A stretch of 64,000 nt of DNA from Mobula hypostoma (lineage: Eukaryota), in contig NC_086108.1 of NCBI RefSeq assembly GCF_963921235.1, forward strand, positions 69,318,001 to 69,382,000, given 5' to 3'. Under the pieces are notes generated by a model. It ran no database searches and was not told the origin of the DNA. It worked only from the letters and a program-made list of their open reading frames with translations. The translations under genes and the position numbers were made by a program. Shown here in pieces: positions 36,797 to 49,799 of the stretch. Each line of letters opens with the position of its first letter. Positions within the stretch are counted from its first letter, which is position 1.

Positions 36797-39700
36797 GAAG
36801 GCTTTGCATCTGTGATACCATGGAAGAAATAAATCCTGATCTCTACCACTGAGCCAAAGAGTCAGAGATTTGGAGAACCCTGATTGTATGCGATCATGTA
36901 CTAAGTACAACACTGACAATAACTCATGACTGCAGTTGTTAAAACATTTATATGCATATACCTAAATGCTGTTATTTAAAATCTACAAAGCCCTGACCAC
37001 ATGTTATGAATTTGAGTAAACATATTGAAGCAGTAAATGGCCATTAGTTTGGTCACACTAGGATAGAAATGATTTTGATGTGACGGTGATTAAAAAAAGT
37101 TTGTAAAACATGCTTGTTAAAGAAATGGTATCCTCTTTGAATTAAAGCTGTTTATAGTGGTTTTATATTGGATGCATAGAGTAGTGTTTTTGCACTGAAC
37201 AGTTGTCAGTGTCCCATGCAGCAGAATTCTCAGGAATAATGGGTGCTTACTTTCTCTTTTGGTATAAAGCTCTCTGGGGAACATTTTTTTTAATGGAAGA
37301 GCTCTTAAATTATACGTCTGCTTTTTTATTTGTACATATGCACATACAGCACATCTGTCTGTGCATATGAAGAGGTGCCTGCTTGTAGATTTTTGTGAAA
37401 TAGCTGGCATTTTGGTGCCTCTTTAGACCAGAAGAGCCTCTGCAAAGATTGGCCTAATGTGTTAATTAGTTTCCTTGACAAACTAATATTATTGCTGTAT
37501 TTCTTTTGATTATGTGTTCAACTACAATGAGAAATATAGGTCCAAATTATGAAGTATAGGCTTTTTTACTAACTTTAAGGATACTATTTCTGCAGTGCAG
37601 TGTGTTTAGTATTTTGTATGGGTTTGTTCCAACAGTAGTTCGATGGTATATTAACATTTTGGTCAAGGCTTTGTGTTTAGGAAAACTCTAGGTGCCAGTA
37701 TAATGATCCATTTGTGCAGAAAATTAAAACATTTACCATCTTATTTTAAAGGATCACTTGGCTTCAGTTCCAATATGTTTGTAGTACTGAATTTGGGCTG
37801 AAGAAGAATTTTGTAATACAGTAATAACTTCCTTCATCACCAAGCAATTATGCTGAATTTGGTCATTTTCCTAAAGGAAATAAGTTCTGTACAAAATCCC
37901 TAGAGCACATAATATACAACTATAATAGATGTCCTTAAAATTTTGATACAATAACTGAATTTTATTTTAATTTTACAGCTGAATGATTCATTGGTTTTCT
38001 AGACAACCAAAATTATAAGACCAATCAAAGTTCAAATTATGCACAGGTAGAATGATGGCATTTACAATGCATTGTTTATTTTGATTAGCATGTACAAAGT
38101 CATGATACAATTAAGTGATTTAATTGTTTGGCATGAGCTGCAAGAACAAGAAACCACAGCGCTTGAGAACATTAGTGAATGAATCTTAACATAATCAAAT
38201 TCCAATAGATCTGTGTGAGAAACAGAAAATACAGTGGACTATTTTAAGGGACATTCTCTGAAAATATATTTGCCAAGCACATTGAGGAAACAAGTCCAAA
38301 TGACTTGTTGTGATTGACTTTATGTAATTTGTCATTATCTTTTTTAAGTTTTCAAATATTTTTTCTTAAATCCTGCCTCAAGTTACTGTATAAAATTATG
38401 AAATTTTTAAATGATAAACTTTATAATTGGACCTGGAGTTTTCCCTTTAAAAAAAAATCACACTAATCTGTACACTGGCACAAAGTAGGAGTTTAAAGCT
38501 TTTTTGCACAGTTCTTTTCCATTACAAATGGAATTCATGGCCTTAGGTCTTTTGAAATGGTGTCTTGTTATAAGTGAGACTAGCATGGTGCTCAAAAAAT
38601 AATGATCTAATCATAGCAAATCATTGCAATGACTATGTTTGAGAATCAAGCAGTTCCAGTGGTGTGCAGAACTTCAAGTAAAGGCAGAGATGCATTTTCA
38701 AAATTTATCCATTAATATTTTGCATTAAAGTTTCTGGATTTTTGAGTACTACTATGTGACTTGCAGGAATTCCAAACTAATGGAAACTGCACAGATGAAT
38801 AGTGAGGGGAAATTAGTTTGTTCTAAGTATCTAAATGATATAGTTTGCAAAATCAAAGGCAAGATTATAAATCAGACATTTTCCCCTGTTTCATGAGGGA
38901 CAAATATTGCAATAGCTGTATAGTTGAGAGCCGTTGGTTTTAAATCAGTGAAAAGGAAGACCTGGATTTGTGCAATATTTTAATGGCGAAAACATAGTAT
39001 TTACAACTGTTTCTTTTATGACCATTCCACAAACTTTAACTGTACACCTTTACAGTAATGTTTAAATTTCAATTATTGTGCACATTGAGGTGCAGGAATA
39101 AGTGGGAGTAATCACGAGTGTTGTGTGTGAAGCTAACAATTTTTGAGTGTTCATTTTATTTATGTGACATTACAGATTTGGTTCAGCAATGGTGAGTTGA
39201 ATAGACTTTTAGTGGTGGTATGTTTCTAGGCACTTTCTGTTACCAGCATAAACAAAGATTTTGTTTTGATATAATTGTAAGACCTTTAGTGCTCCAAGTC
39301 TGTAATAATTGGCTTGCCTCCTTGAATAGCTCGGTGGCAGCATGATTTTATATTTCTTTCATTTATAAATAGTATGCTACTTTAAGGAAATTAATTGTGC
39401 AGTTCACTAGTGCTTTTGATGTTGAAATACCAAACAGGTTAAGTGTTATTGCCCACTATCCAAAACTCTTTTCTTTTTAATATTGCTGATATCTAAGTAA
39501 TACCATCCACACTAGATTTTCACATTTTTGTAACTCAACCTGAGATTTAATAGTTCCTTGGTGGAATCATTTTTAAGTGTTGAGCTATCTTGTATTCTTC
39601 TGCCTTTTCCCATGACCCCATTGTGATCAAACGGTAATAAGAATTTCAGACTGGTTTCCAAACCTACACCATAATTCTAAAATGGCTCTGAGAAGCACAT

Positions 39701-40340
39701 GATCATAGTTTTGATCATTTTGATCTGTAACAATCCTTACAACATTAAAAATAAAATGAATTAATCCCACTTTATTTTGACACATTACTATCTTAAATTT
39801 ATAGTTCAATAACTCAAGTCCAGACTTTTAAGTGTGAAGGAAAGCGAAACAATAAAGCCACTTTTTGTTGTTTGATGACATTGGGGAAATGGTTTTGGGA
39901 GGGGGCAAAAGAATTACATTTTTAGCCTTTCAATTGTTACCTTTTTTACTTTTTACAAAAAGTCAAGCGGATTATGGCTGCCTACTACTGTATAACTGTA
40001 TAGCCTTTAATTTTAATAAGTTTGCTTAAGACCTCTCTGAATCTTGATGGTGAAAAGACTGAAAATATTTACAAATATGTCAAGTTTTAAGCATTACATT
40101 TGGTGGAAAATTTAGAATTCTCTTAAACATGCAACAGTGAGTAAATATCCTGGCTATACGGTATAGGTATAAAATTTCTATGCACATTGTAGGCTATTTT
40201 ATTGCGTTATCTATTCAAATTTGCTGAAAAGTAGAAGGTTGTAATGTCTTCAAGTTGTATAACCAATGTTAAATTTTGCTCCAGTTTTATTTATTGGTAA
40301 TCAACTTGTCTTAATAAATATTATGCTTTTTCATTGTTTA
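36797..40340 (+). other. Putative long 3' UTR of RNF11 with candidate polyA signal
   Basis: AT-rich, TE-free stretch after the stop codon. AATAAA at 40313-40318 is followed by a T/GT-rich tract. Other AATAAA candidates lie near 39750 and 39851, so the end is uncertain. Confidence 0.5.
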
Positions 40341-42065
40341 GGTTTTTCTGGATGCTTTGAAATATTGGATTTATTACAGAACTGTTTGTGCTTTAAGTAC
40401 TTTTACCTAATTGTGTTTAGAGAGTAAAGAGCCTGATGATGCTGTGGTGTTGAAGGCAAGAGTAGTAGTAAAATACTGCACAATACATTCCATTTGCAGC
40501 TGTGGCTGCCATCACTGCTTTTGGGGGGGGGGGAGGGGTGAAGGGGGGAAAGAAACGCTTGTTCATCTTTTAATGTCTAATCGTGCATTATCATTTCAAA
40601 TAATTTATTCAAAAACATTGCACATTCCAAAAAGTAGATTCATGTATAATTTATGGGCTTGCTTAAGGCAGCAGGTATTAAAATCTGCAATAGTAAAAAG
40701 TAATTTTTGAATGGTGTTTTATTTTCATAAAGTGCCCCTTAGCTGCAATGTTAATTTTTTACAAGATGTTCCATTATTAAATATTTTGTGCACATCGAAT
40801 TGTTGGAGTACCATGTAGATAGACCTCAAGAATAACACTTGGAAATTTCCAGTTAAACCCTCAGTTGCCACTCAGTCTAATACTTGTAAGTATCCAGATT
40901 TAGATAAGATAGTTCAGGTTTTGAATAGACCCAGGCACTGAAGATATCTCAAAGGACCATTGTTTTGCTATCATGCGGGTTACAATTTCCAGTTCAGTGT
41001 AATCTCTGCTATTGGTAATTTAGAAGTCTAGAGATATAATTGACTGGAATCAATTATATAATTGCATGTAATATTCCCAAGATCAAGGTCTTATGACCAG
41101 ATCCCAGTTAATTGTTGTTCAGATATATCATTTATATAAAGTATTGTGTGTATAGGAAATAGTCAGTTATCAGAATGCACATTATAATATGCTGCTAATA
41201 TGAAGAGGTACTGGTAGACTAGGTTTTCCCAGGGAAAACTGCACAATTTAGTAGTAATTAAGATTCAGATTGCATAACTTTGACAGCATGCTACCATTAT
41301 ACTTCTGTACAGCGTGTTTTTTAATTTAGATTCTCTTTCGCTTAATGTTTCTCTCAATTTGGTAGCCTGTTCCAAACCTCTTTAAACTTTGACCTTGAAT
41401 CACAAACAGAATAAACTGTCAGTCAATATCGCATCTGTTCATGTGAAGTCTTTCACGCAGAATAGCTCCACCAATATGCAAGATTTCTGAAGTACAAATT
41501 AATCTACAGTATAACCTTAGGTGGCTAACAAACAGAAAACAAAGGGTTGGATCAAATGGGTCTATATCATTTAACTGTGACTAGTGATGTATCAGAGGGA
41601 TTGGTGCTTGAGCTCTACATCTGCAATCATAGTCAGTGGTTTGGGTAAGGTGGCCAAATGCAACATTCTCAAGTTTGCATTGCAGATTAAAATTATTAAT
41701 ACAGTTCTAAAGGGACTTTGTGTGATATATTTGTGTTCCTTTTAAAAAGATATAAGATTAATTGTACTGAGTTTTAAAAAGATTCACCAGGTTGGTTCCT
41801 GTGATGGTGGGTCTTTTGAATGAGGAGGGGTTGGGTAGGCTGATAGAAAAATGAAAGGCAGCTTCATGAAGTATAAAGCTTTACAGAGTAGGACAATTCC
41901 CCTGGCAAAGGAATCCAGAACTAGAGCTCTCAATCTCAAAATTAAGGGTTAAGATAGTGGGGATTGAGAGGGGGTAACTACTCAGTTTGCTATTCTCTGC
42001 ACTGGAGGACTGTGGAGACACTTTCTTTGATGGTGTTCAAAAAAGAGAATGAAGGAAAAGATGTA

Positions 42066-43596
42066 CATTGGTGCTAGAAAAACCCCGTAGAATTCCTTCT
42101 ATTTCTGCATAAATGACCTAAAATGTGATCAGACCTTCACACAAGTCCTAAAACTAGAGAACACAATTAAATAAGACAAAAATTATACTTGCTCATTTAT
42201 TTATTGAGGAAAAAATGATCCAATATTACATGTATTGGAATAAGTATGTGAACCTCTGCGGTAATACCTTCTCCAGAAGCTCTCTGAAGTCAGGTGTTCC
42301 AATTAATGAGATAAGATTGAGGTGTGAGTTGTAGAGGTGCTGTGCCCAATTATTTATTTTTATTTTTTAAAAAAGACACACAGGTATAAAGACAGGGCTT
42401 GCTGTTCTCAAGAAAGATCTGTTTGTGTGCACCATGCCTCGATCAAAACAAGTTTCAGAGAACCTTAGGAGAAGAATTGTAGAGATGCATGAAACTGGAA
42501 AGGGCTGCAAAAGCAGTTCTAAAGACCTGAGTTTTCATCAGTCCACAGTAAGAGAAATTGTCTACAAATGGAGGAGATTCAGTACTGTGGCTACTCTCCC
42601 TGGGAGTGGGCATCCTGCAAAGATCACAACAAGAGCACAACATGCAATGCTGAAGGAGGTGAAAAAGAATTTAAGAGCAACAGTAGAAATCTCTTGAACT
42701 TGCTGAAGTCTCTGTTCATTTGTCCACTATAAGAAAAACACTGAATAAGAATGTTGTTCATGGAGGGACACCATGGAGGAAACCACCGCTCTCCAAATGA
42801 AACATTGCTGCATATCTGAAGTTTGCAGAAGACCACCTAGATGTTCCATAGCGCTTCTGGGACAACGTTCTGTGGACAGATGGTACAAAATTTGGCAGAA
42901 ATGTGCATTGCTATATTTGGAGGGAAAAGGGCACTGCACACCACCACCAAAACCTCATCTCAACTGTGAAGCATGGTGGAAGGAGCATCATGGTTTGGGG
43001 CTGCTTTGCTGCGTCAAGGCCTGTGCAGCTTGCAGTCGTTGAGGGAACAATGAATTCAAAATTGTAATGACACTTTGCAGGAGAATATCAAGGCTTAATA
43101 GAAGTTGAACAATGCAACAAGACAAAGAACCGAAAGAGGAGTAAATCAACAACAAAATTGTTTAAAAAGAAGAGAATTTGTGTTTTGGAGTGACCAAGTC
43201 CTGACTGTAATCCTATGGAAATATGAAGGATGTGAAGCAAGCAGTTCATGCAAGGAAGCTCCCAAACATCCCACAGTTGAACCAGTTTTGTAAGGAGAAA
43301 TGGCCTAAGATTCCTCCAAGCTGATGTGCAGAACTGATCAGCAGTTAGTAGAAACATTTGGTTTAAGTTGTTGCTGTAAAAGGGGATCACACTGAAAGCA
43401 GAGGTTCACATACTTTTTCCAACAAATACTTATTGGATAATTTTTCTCAATGAACAAGTATAATTTTTTTGTGTTGGGTATTTAATTGGGTTCCTTTTAA
43501 TCTAATTTTAGGACGTATGAAGATCTGATCACATTTCAGGTCATATGCAGAAATAGAGAAAATTCTACAGGGTTTACAAACTTTCTTGCACCTCTG
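42066..43596 (+). mobile_element. Tc1/mariner DNA transposon, complete ends, defective transposase
   Basis: TA|cattggtgctagaaa...tttcttgcacctctg termini with long TIRs. MPRSKQVSENLRRRIVEMHETGKG... paired-like HTH from 42434. Frameshifted downstream. Same family as 751-2864. Confidence 0.92.
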
Positions 43597-44447
43597 CATG
43601 TGGCCACTTTGCAGTAGGCTACCTAATTTGAATCTTCTGAAAGAAAATCCAATATGGTTCAGCAAATATGACTCATCTTTAAAAATCTTGATCATTGTGG
43701 GATGTTGCAAACCTGAGCAATATAGCCCATTAAGAGAAAGACTACATGTGGCTGTGAATATCAGTTTTGTTTTATTTCTTGATTTATTTTTAACAGAATC
43801 TGTATTCATGGCAAGTCATTTGAATTACTATTGAGTATTGCTATTATCCTGATGAAGATTCTCCCACAATGTTGTTAGTTAGAGAAACTAGATTAAAACC
43901 CAGTGACAAAGAAGACTCAGTGATGCATTTTCAAATCAGGGTGATGTAAAACTTGGAGAACTTTGGCTATGGAAAGTTTTGGGAGATGTTGCAGCAGGAG
44001 CCTGGCTAGGTAAATTGAGTGATTTTGTACTGTAGATGGTACAGGCAGCAGCCTGAATGAATGGATGCTTAATGTAGTGATGCAAGGATTATCAATAAAG
44101 GTGGCTGTTTCATCTTGGATGCTGCTGACACTGAATGTGCAGTTGGAGCTACACTTCTCTTACCTGGATAGCAATCAGAATCAGCTTTGTCACTAACGTG
44201 TAAGATCTGTTTTGTGGACAGCAGCACCGTGCAATACATTTTTTAAAAAACTGTTGCAATAAGAAATAAACTAAATGTCAAAAGTGCTAAATAGTGAGGT
44301 AGTGTTCATGGCTTCATAGACTGCTCAGAAATCTTCATGGACATGAAGAAGCTGTTCCTAGATTGTTGAGTGTGCGTCTTCAGATTCCTGTACCACCTCC
44401 CTTATGGCAGTAATGAGAGGGTGTGTCCTGGATGGTGAAGGTCCCTA

Positions 44448-45132
44448 ACACCACACACACAATGCTGGTGGAACACAGCAGGCCAGACAGCATCTATAGG
44501 AAGAAACACAGTCGCCGTTTCAGACCGAGACCCTTCATCAGGACTAACTGAAAGAAGAGATAGTAAGAGATTTGAAAGTGAAATGATAGGAGAAGACAGG
44601 AGGGGGAGGGATAGAGCTAAGAGCTGGAAAGTTGATTGGTAAAAGGGATACAAGTCTGGAGAAGGGAGAGGATCAGGGGATGGGAGGCCTAGGGAGAAAG
44701 AAAGGGGGACGGTAGCACCAGAGGAAGATGCAGAACAGGCAAGGAGTTATTGTGAGAGGGACAGAGAGAAAAAAGGAAAAAATAATAAATAAATAAGGGT
44801 TGAGGTAAGAAGGAGAGGAAGGGCATTAACAGAAGTTAGAGAAGTCAATGTTCATGCCATCAGGTTGGAGGCTACCCAGATAGAATATAAGGTGTTCCTC
44901 CAAACTGAGTGTGGCTTCATCTTGACAGTAGAGAAGGCCGTGGATAGACATATCAGAATGGGAATGGGATGTGGAATTAAAATATGTGGCCACTGGGAGA
45001 TCTTGCTTTCTCTGGCAGACAGAGCGTAGGTGTTCAGCGAAACGGTCTCCCAGTCTGTGTCATTGTCTCACCAATATATAGTAGGCCGCACTGGGAGCAC
45101 CGGACACAGTATATCATTCCAGCTGACTCTCG
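44448..45132 (-). mobile_element. Penelope-like element 3' portion with GIY-YIG endonuclease motif
   Basis: Minus strand 45129-45061 translates ESAGMIYCVRCSQCGLLYIGETM (GIY...YIG). It continues to the same C-terminus and pLTR as 8237-8770. Hammerhead-like motif at 44510-44545. Confidence 0.88.
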
Positions 45133-45459
45133 TGCTTGTCCTTTTTATGGTTGGTGGAAAGGCTTTTTGGTATCGTACACCTCTGCCCTGTCATTGCAGC
45201 TATTATACAGTATTTGAGGCTCATCTAGTTTCTGGGAATGGTGTCTCCCAGGACTTTGGAAAATTTGCATGTGATACCATCCAAAATCAAGGATGGATGA
45301 TTAGACTCTGGAGTCCATCAGCGGCGTCAACAGAGCTTTACCGAGAGGGATTTCTCGCAGGTCGGTGGCAGTTATTTAAGAAGGGAGCTTCAAGAGTGCT
45401 AGTCCATTGTACATGGCCTATCAGCGGATATAACTGGCGCACCATTCGTGAGTTGAATA

Positions 45460-48390
45460 GCGGGGAAGGTTCAGGCATAAAAGGGAGACACTGCCTAGTG
45501 GAGCGGTCGTCGACAGAATGATCTGAGGTGGAGTGGGAGAGCTTTGGCTCATTTGGGCTTCAGCCATAACGGGTCGAATCGAGTTATGTTACCTGTGAGG
45601 AATAGAAACGGGAAATATGTCTGTGAGTCTGGTGTTCTGTACTCAGTGTCAGATGTGGGAGGTCCTCTGGAGACTCCCAGCCTCCTGGACGGCCACATTT
45701 GCACCAGGTGCGTCGAGCTGAAGCTCCTTAGGGACCGGGTTAGGGAACTGGAGATGCAGCTCAATGACCTTCGTCTGGTCAGAGAGAGTGAGGAGATGAT
45801 AGAGTGGAGCTATAGGCAAGTAGTCACACCGGGGCCTTGGGAGACGGATAAGTGGGTAACAGTCAGGAGAGGGAAGGGCAGGAGTCAGACACTAGAGAGT
45901 ACCCCTTAACAATAAGTACTCTTTGAGTACTGTTTGGGGGGGGTGTCGGGGGAACGGCCTACCTTGGGGAAACACAGAGTCTGGCCCTGTGGCTCAGAAG
46001 GGTAGCGAAAGGAAGAAGGCAGCAGTAATAGGGGACTCTATAGTTAGGGGGTCAGACAGGCGATTTTGTGGACGCAGAAAAGAAATACTGATGGTAGTTT
46101 GCCTCCCAGGTGCCAGGGTCCGGTGTGTTTCTGATCGAGTCCCTGATATCCTGACGTGAGAAGGAGAACAGCCAGAGGTCATGGTACATATTGGTACCAG
46201 CGATAGAGGCAGAAAAAGAGGGGCGGTCCTGAAAACAGACGACAGGGACTTAGGAAAGAAGCTGAGAAGCAGGGCCTCAAGGGTAGTAATCTTGTGATAA
46301 ATGTGTGGTTTAGGGACTGGAGTAGGGGGCAGGGATTCAGATTTCTGGATCAATGGGACCTCTTTTGGGCAGGCGTGACCTCTACAAAAAGGCGGGGTTG
46401 CACATGAATCCGAGGAGGGCCAATATCCTGGCAGGGAGGTTTGCAAAGGCTATTAGAGAGAGTTTAAACTAGAACTGCTCGGGGTTGGGAACCAAACTGA
46501 AGAGACGGAGGAAGGGCGGTTGGCTCACAAATAGAGGAAGCTTGGAGACAGTGCAAGAGGGAGGATAGGCATGTGATAGAGAAGGGATACTCTCAGACCG
46601 ATGGTTTGAGATGTGACTATTTTAATTCGAGGAGTATTATGAACAAAGCTGATGAGCTTATAGAGCATGGGTCAGTACTTGGAGCTATGGTGTTGTGGCC
46701 ATTATAGGGACTTGGATGGCTCGGGCAGGAATGGTTACTTCGAGTGCCAGGCTTTAGATGTTTCAGAAAGGACAGGGAGGGAGGCAAAAGAGGTGGGGGT
46801 GTGGCACTGCTGATCAGAGATAGTGTCACGGCTCCAGAAAAGGAGGTGGTCATGGAGGGATTGTCTATGAGTGTGGGTGGAGGTTAGAAAGAGGAAGGGG
46901 TCAATAAATCTTCTGGGTGTTTTTTATAGACCACCCAATAGTAACAGGGACATCGAGGAGCAGATAGAGAGACAGGTTCTGGAAAGGTGTAATAGTAACA
47001 GGGTTGTTGTGGGAGATTTTAATTTCCCAAAAATATTTTGGCGTCTCCCTAGAGCAAGGGTAGAGTTTGTTAGGTGTGTTCAGGAAGGTTTCCTGACACA
47101 ATATGTAGATAAGCCTAGAAGAGGTGAGGCTGTTCTTGATCTGGTACTGGGAAATGAACCTGGTCAGGTACCAGGTCTCTCAGTGGGAGAGCATTTTGGA
47201 GATAAGATCACAATTTTATCTCCTTTACCATAGCATTGGAGAGGGATAGGAACAGAGAAGTTAGGAAAACGTTTAATTGGAGTAAGGGAAAATGTGAGGC
47301 TATCAGGCAGGAACTTGGAAGCCTAAATTGGGAACAGATGTTCTCAGGGAAATGTATGGCAGAAATGTGGCAGATGTTCAGGGGATATTTGTGTGGTGTT
47401 CTGCATAGGTACATTACAATGAGACAGGGAAAGGATGGTAGGGTACAGGAACTGTGGTGTACGAAGGCTGTTTTAAAAAAAAATCTAGTCAATGAGAAAA
47501 GAAGAGCTTACAAAAGTTTCAAAAATAAGATTATAAGGCTAGCTGGAAGGAGCTTAAGAATGAAATTAGGAGAGCCAGAAGGGGCCATGAGAAGGCCTTG
47601 GTGGACAGGATTAAGGAAAACCCCAAGGCATTCTACAAGTATGTGACTAGCAAGAGGATAAGACCTGAGAGAACAGGACCAATCAAGTGTGACAGTGGTA
47701 AAGTGTGTATGGAACCGGAAGAGATGACTGAGGTACTTGATGAATATTTTGCTTCAGTATTCACTATGGAAAAGGATCTTGGCGATTATAGGGATGACTT
47801 ACAGCAGATTGAAAAGCTTGAGCATATAGACATTAAGAAAAAGGATGTGCTGGAGCTTTTGTAAAGCATCAAGTTGGATAAGTCTCTGGGACTGGACAAG
47901 ATGTACCCTAGGCAATTGTGGGAAGCAAGGGAAGAGATTGCTGATCCTCTGGCAATGATCTTTGCATTATCAGTGGGGACAGGAGGGGTTCCGGAGGATT
48001 GGAGGGTTGCAGATGTTCCCTTATTCAAGAAAGTGAGTAGAGATAGCCCAGGAAATTATAAACCAGTGAGTCTTACTTCAGTGGTTGGTAAGTTGATGGA
48101 AAAGATCCTGAGAGGCAGAATTTATGAACATTTGGAGAGGCATAATATGATTAGGAATAGTCAGCATAGCTTTGTGAAAGGCAGGTCGTGCCTTATGAAC
48201 CTGATTGAATTTTTTGAGGATGTGATGAAACACATTGATGAAGGTAGAGCACTAGATGTAGTGTATATGGATTTCAGCAAGGCATTTGAAAAGGTGCCCC
48301 ATGCAAGGCTTATTGGGAAAGTAAGGAGGCATGGAATCCTAGGGGACCTTGATTTGTGGATCCAGAATTGGTTTGTCCACAGAAGAGCTT
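45460..48390 (+). mobile_element. CR1 LINE 5' two-thirds (ORF1 plus APE and RT N-part), decayed
   Basis: HICTRCVELKLLRDRVRELEMQL, VIGDSIVRG (SGNH-like), GVFYRPPNS/VGDFNFP, NYKPVSLTSVVGK, YMDFSKAFEKVPH. Confidence 0.9.
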
Positions 48391-49560
48391 AATGACTGAG
48401 GGGTAGTAACTGTTCTTCAGCCTGGTGGTGTGAGTCCTAGGCACCTGTACTTTCTACCTGATGGCAGCAATGAGAAAAGAGCGTGGCCTGGCTGGTGAGG
48501 ATCTTTGATGCATGCTGCTGTTCCATGACAATGTTTCATGTAGATGTGCTCAATGGTTGCGAGGGTTTTAGCTGTGATGTTCTGAGCTGAATCCACCACC
48601 TTTCGTAGGATTTTCCACCTAGAGGCATTGGTGTCTGCATACCCGGCTGTAATGCAGCCAGTCAGCACACTTTCCACCATACATCTATGACGTTTGCCAA
48701 GGTTTTCGATGACATGCCAAATCTCTGCAGACTCCTGAGGCGCTGTTGTGCTTTCTTTGCAATTATTTTTATATGATGGGTCCAGGACAGGTCCTCTGAG
48801 ATAGTGACCCCCAGGAATTTAAAGTTACTGCCCCTCTCCACCTCTGATCCTCCGGTGATTACTGGCTCGTGGATTTCTGGTTTCCCTCTCCTGAAGTCTA
48901 TAATCAGTTCCATGGTCTTATTAACATTGGGTGAGAGGTGGTTGTCAATACACAACTTAGCCAAGTTTTCAGTCTCCCTTCTGTATGCTGATTCATCACC
49001 ACCCTTGATATGGCCCACAACAGTGGTGTCATCAATAGACTTGTATGTTATGTTGGAGCTGTACTTACCCACACAACCCTGTGGTTCTCCTTTGCTGTTG
49101 GAGATTGTGGAGGAGATGTTTTTTCTAATCTGAACTGACAGGTCTACAAGTGAGGAAATCCATGATCCAATTTCATGGGTGGACTGGGGTATTGAGACCC
49201 AGGTCTTAAGTTTACTGAGGGAATGATGGTATTAAATGCTGAGCTGTAATCGATAATAAGCATGCTGATGTATGCATGTTTGCTGTCCAGATGTTCCAAG
49301 GTTGAGCAAAGAGCCAGTGAGATGGCATCTGCTGTAGACCTGTTGCTTTGGTAGGCAAATTGGAGCAGATCCAAGTCGCCACTCGGACAGGAGCAGATAT
49401 ACTTCAACAGCCTCTCAATACACTTCTTCACTGTCAATGTAAGTGCCACTGGGCAATGCTCATTGAGGCAGTTTGCCTCAAAGGGAGTGTCATTGTATTC
49501 TGGCTCACTGTTCTGTACCTTGCAGAGGCCAAACACTAACTTTCTGACACGTCTTACCAC
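48391..49560 (-). mobile_element. Rex1/Babar-type LINE RT and C-terminal fragment
   Basis: LQFAYQSNRSTADAISLAL...IDYSSAFNTI, IDDTTVVGHIKGGDESAYRRE, HALFSLLPSGRKYR. Confidence 0.82.
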
Positions 49561-49799
49561 CCTTTGGGCCCTGACTCACCAATGAACACCAGGCCACTAT
49601 TTCTTCATCATTAGAAATACTACCACATTAGCAGACCTCCTCTCGTTAGCCTTCAATTTTATAGTGTCCCAGCCCCACTCTGTCTGCTTATGTTGCTTAA
49701 ACTTGGCTGTCCTTGTAAGCCCATTGTTTCTGCCTGCTTCAGCCTCACTAAAATCATTCCTTCTCAAGTACCAGTAGCAAACTTTGAGAGTTTCAGCTA

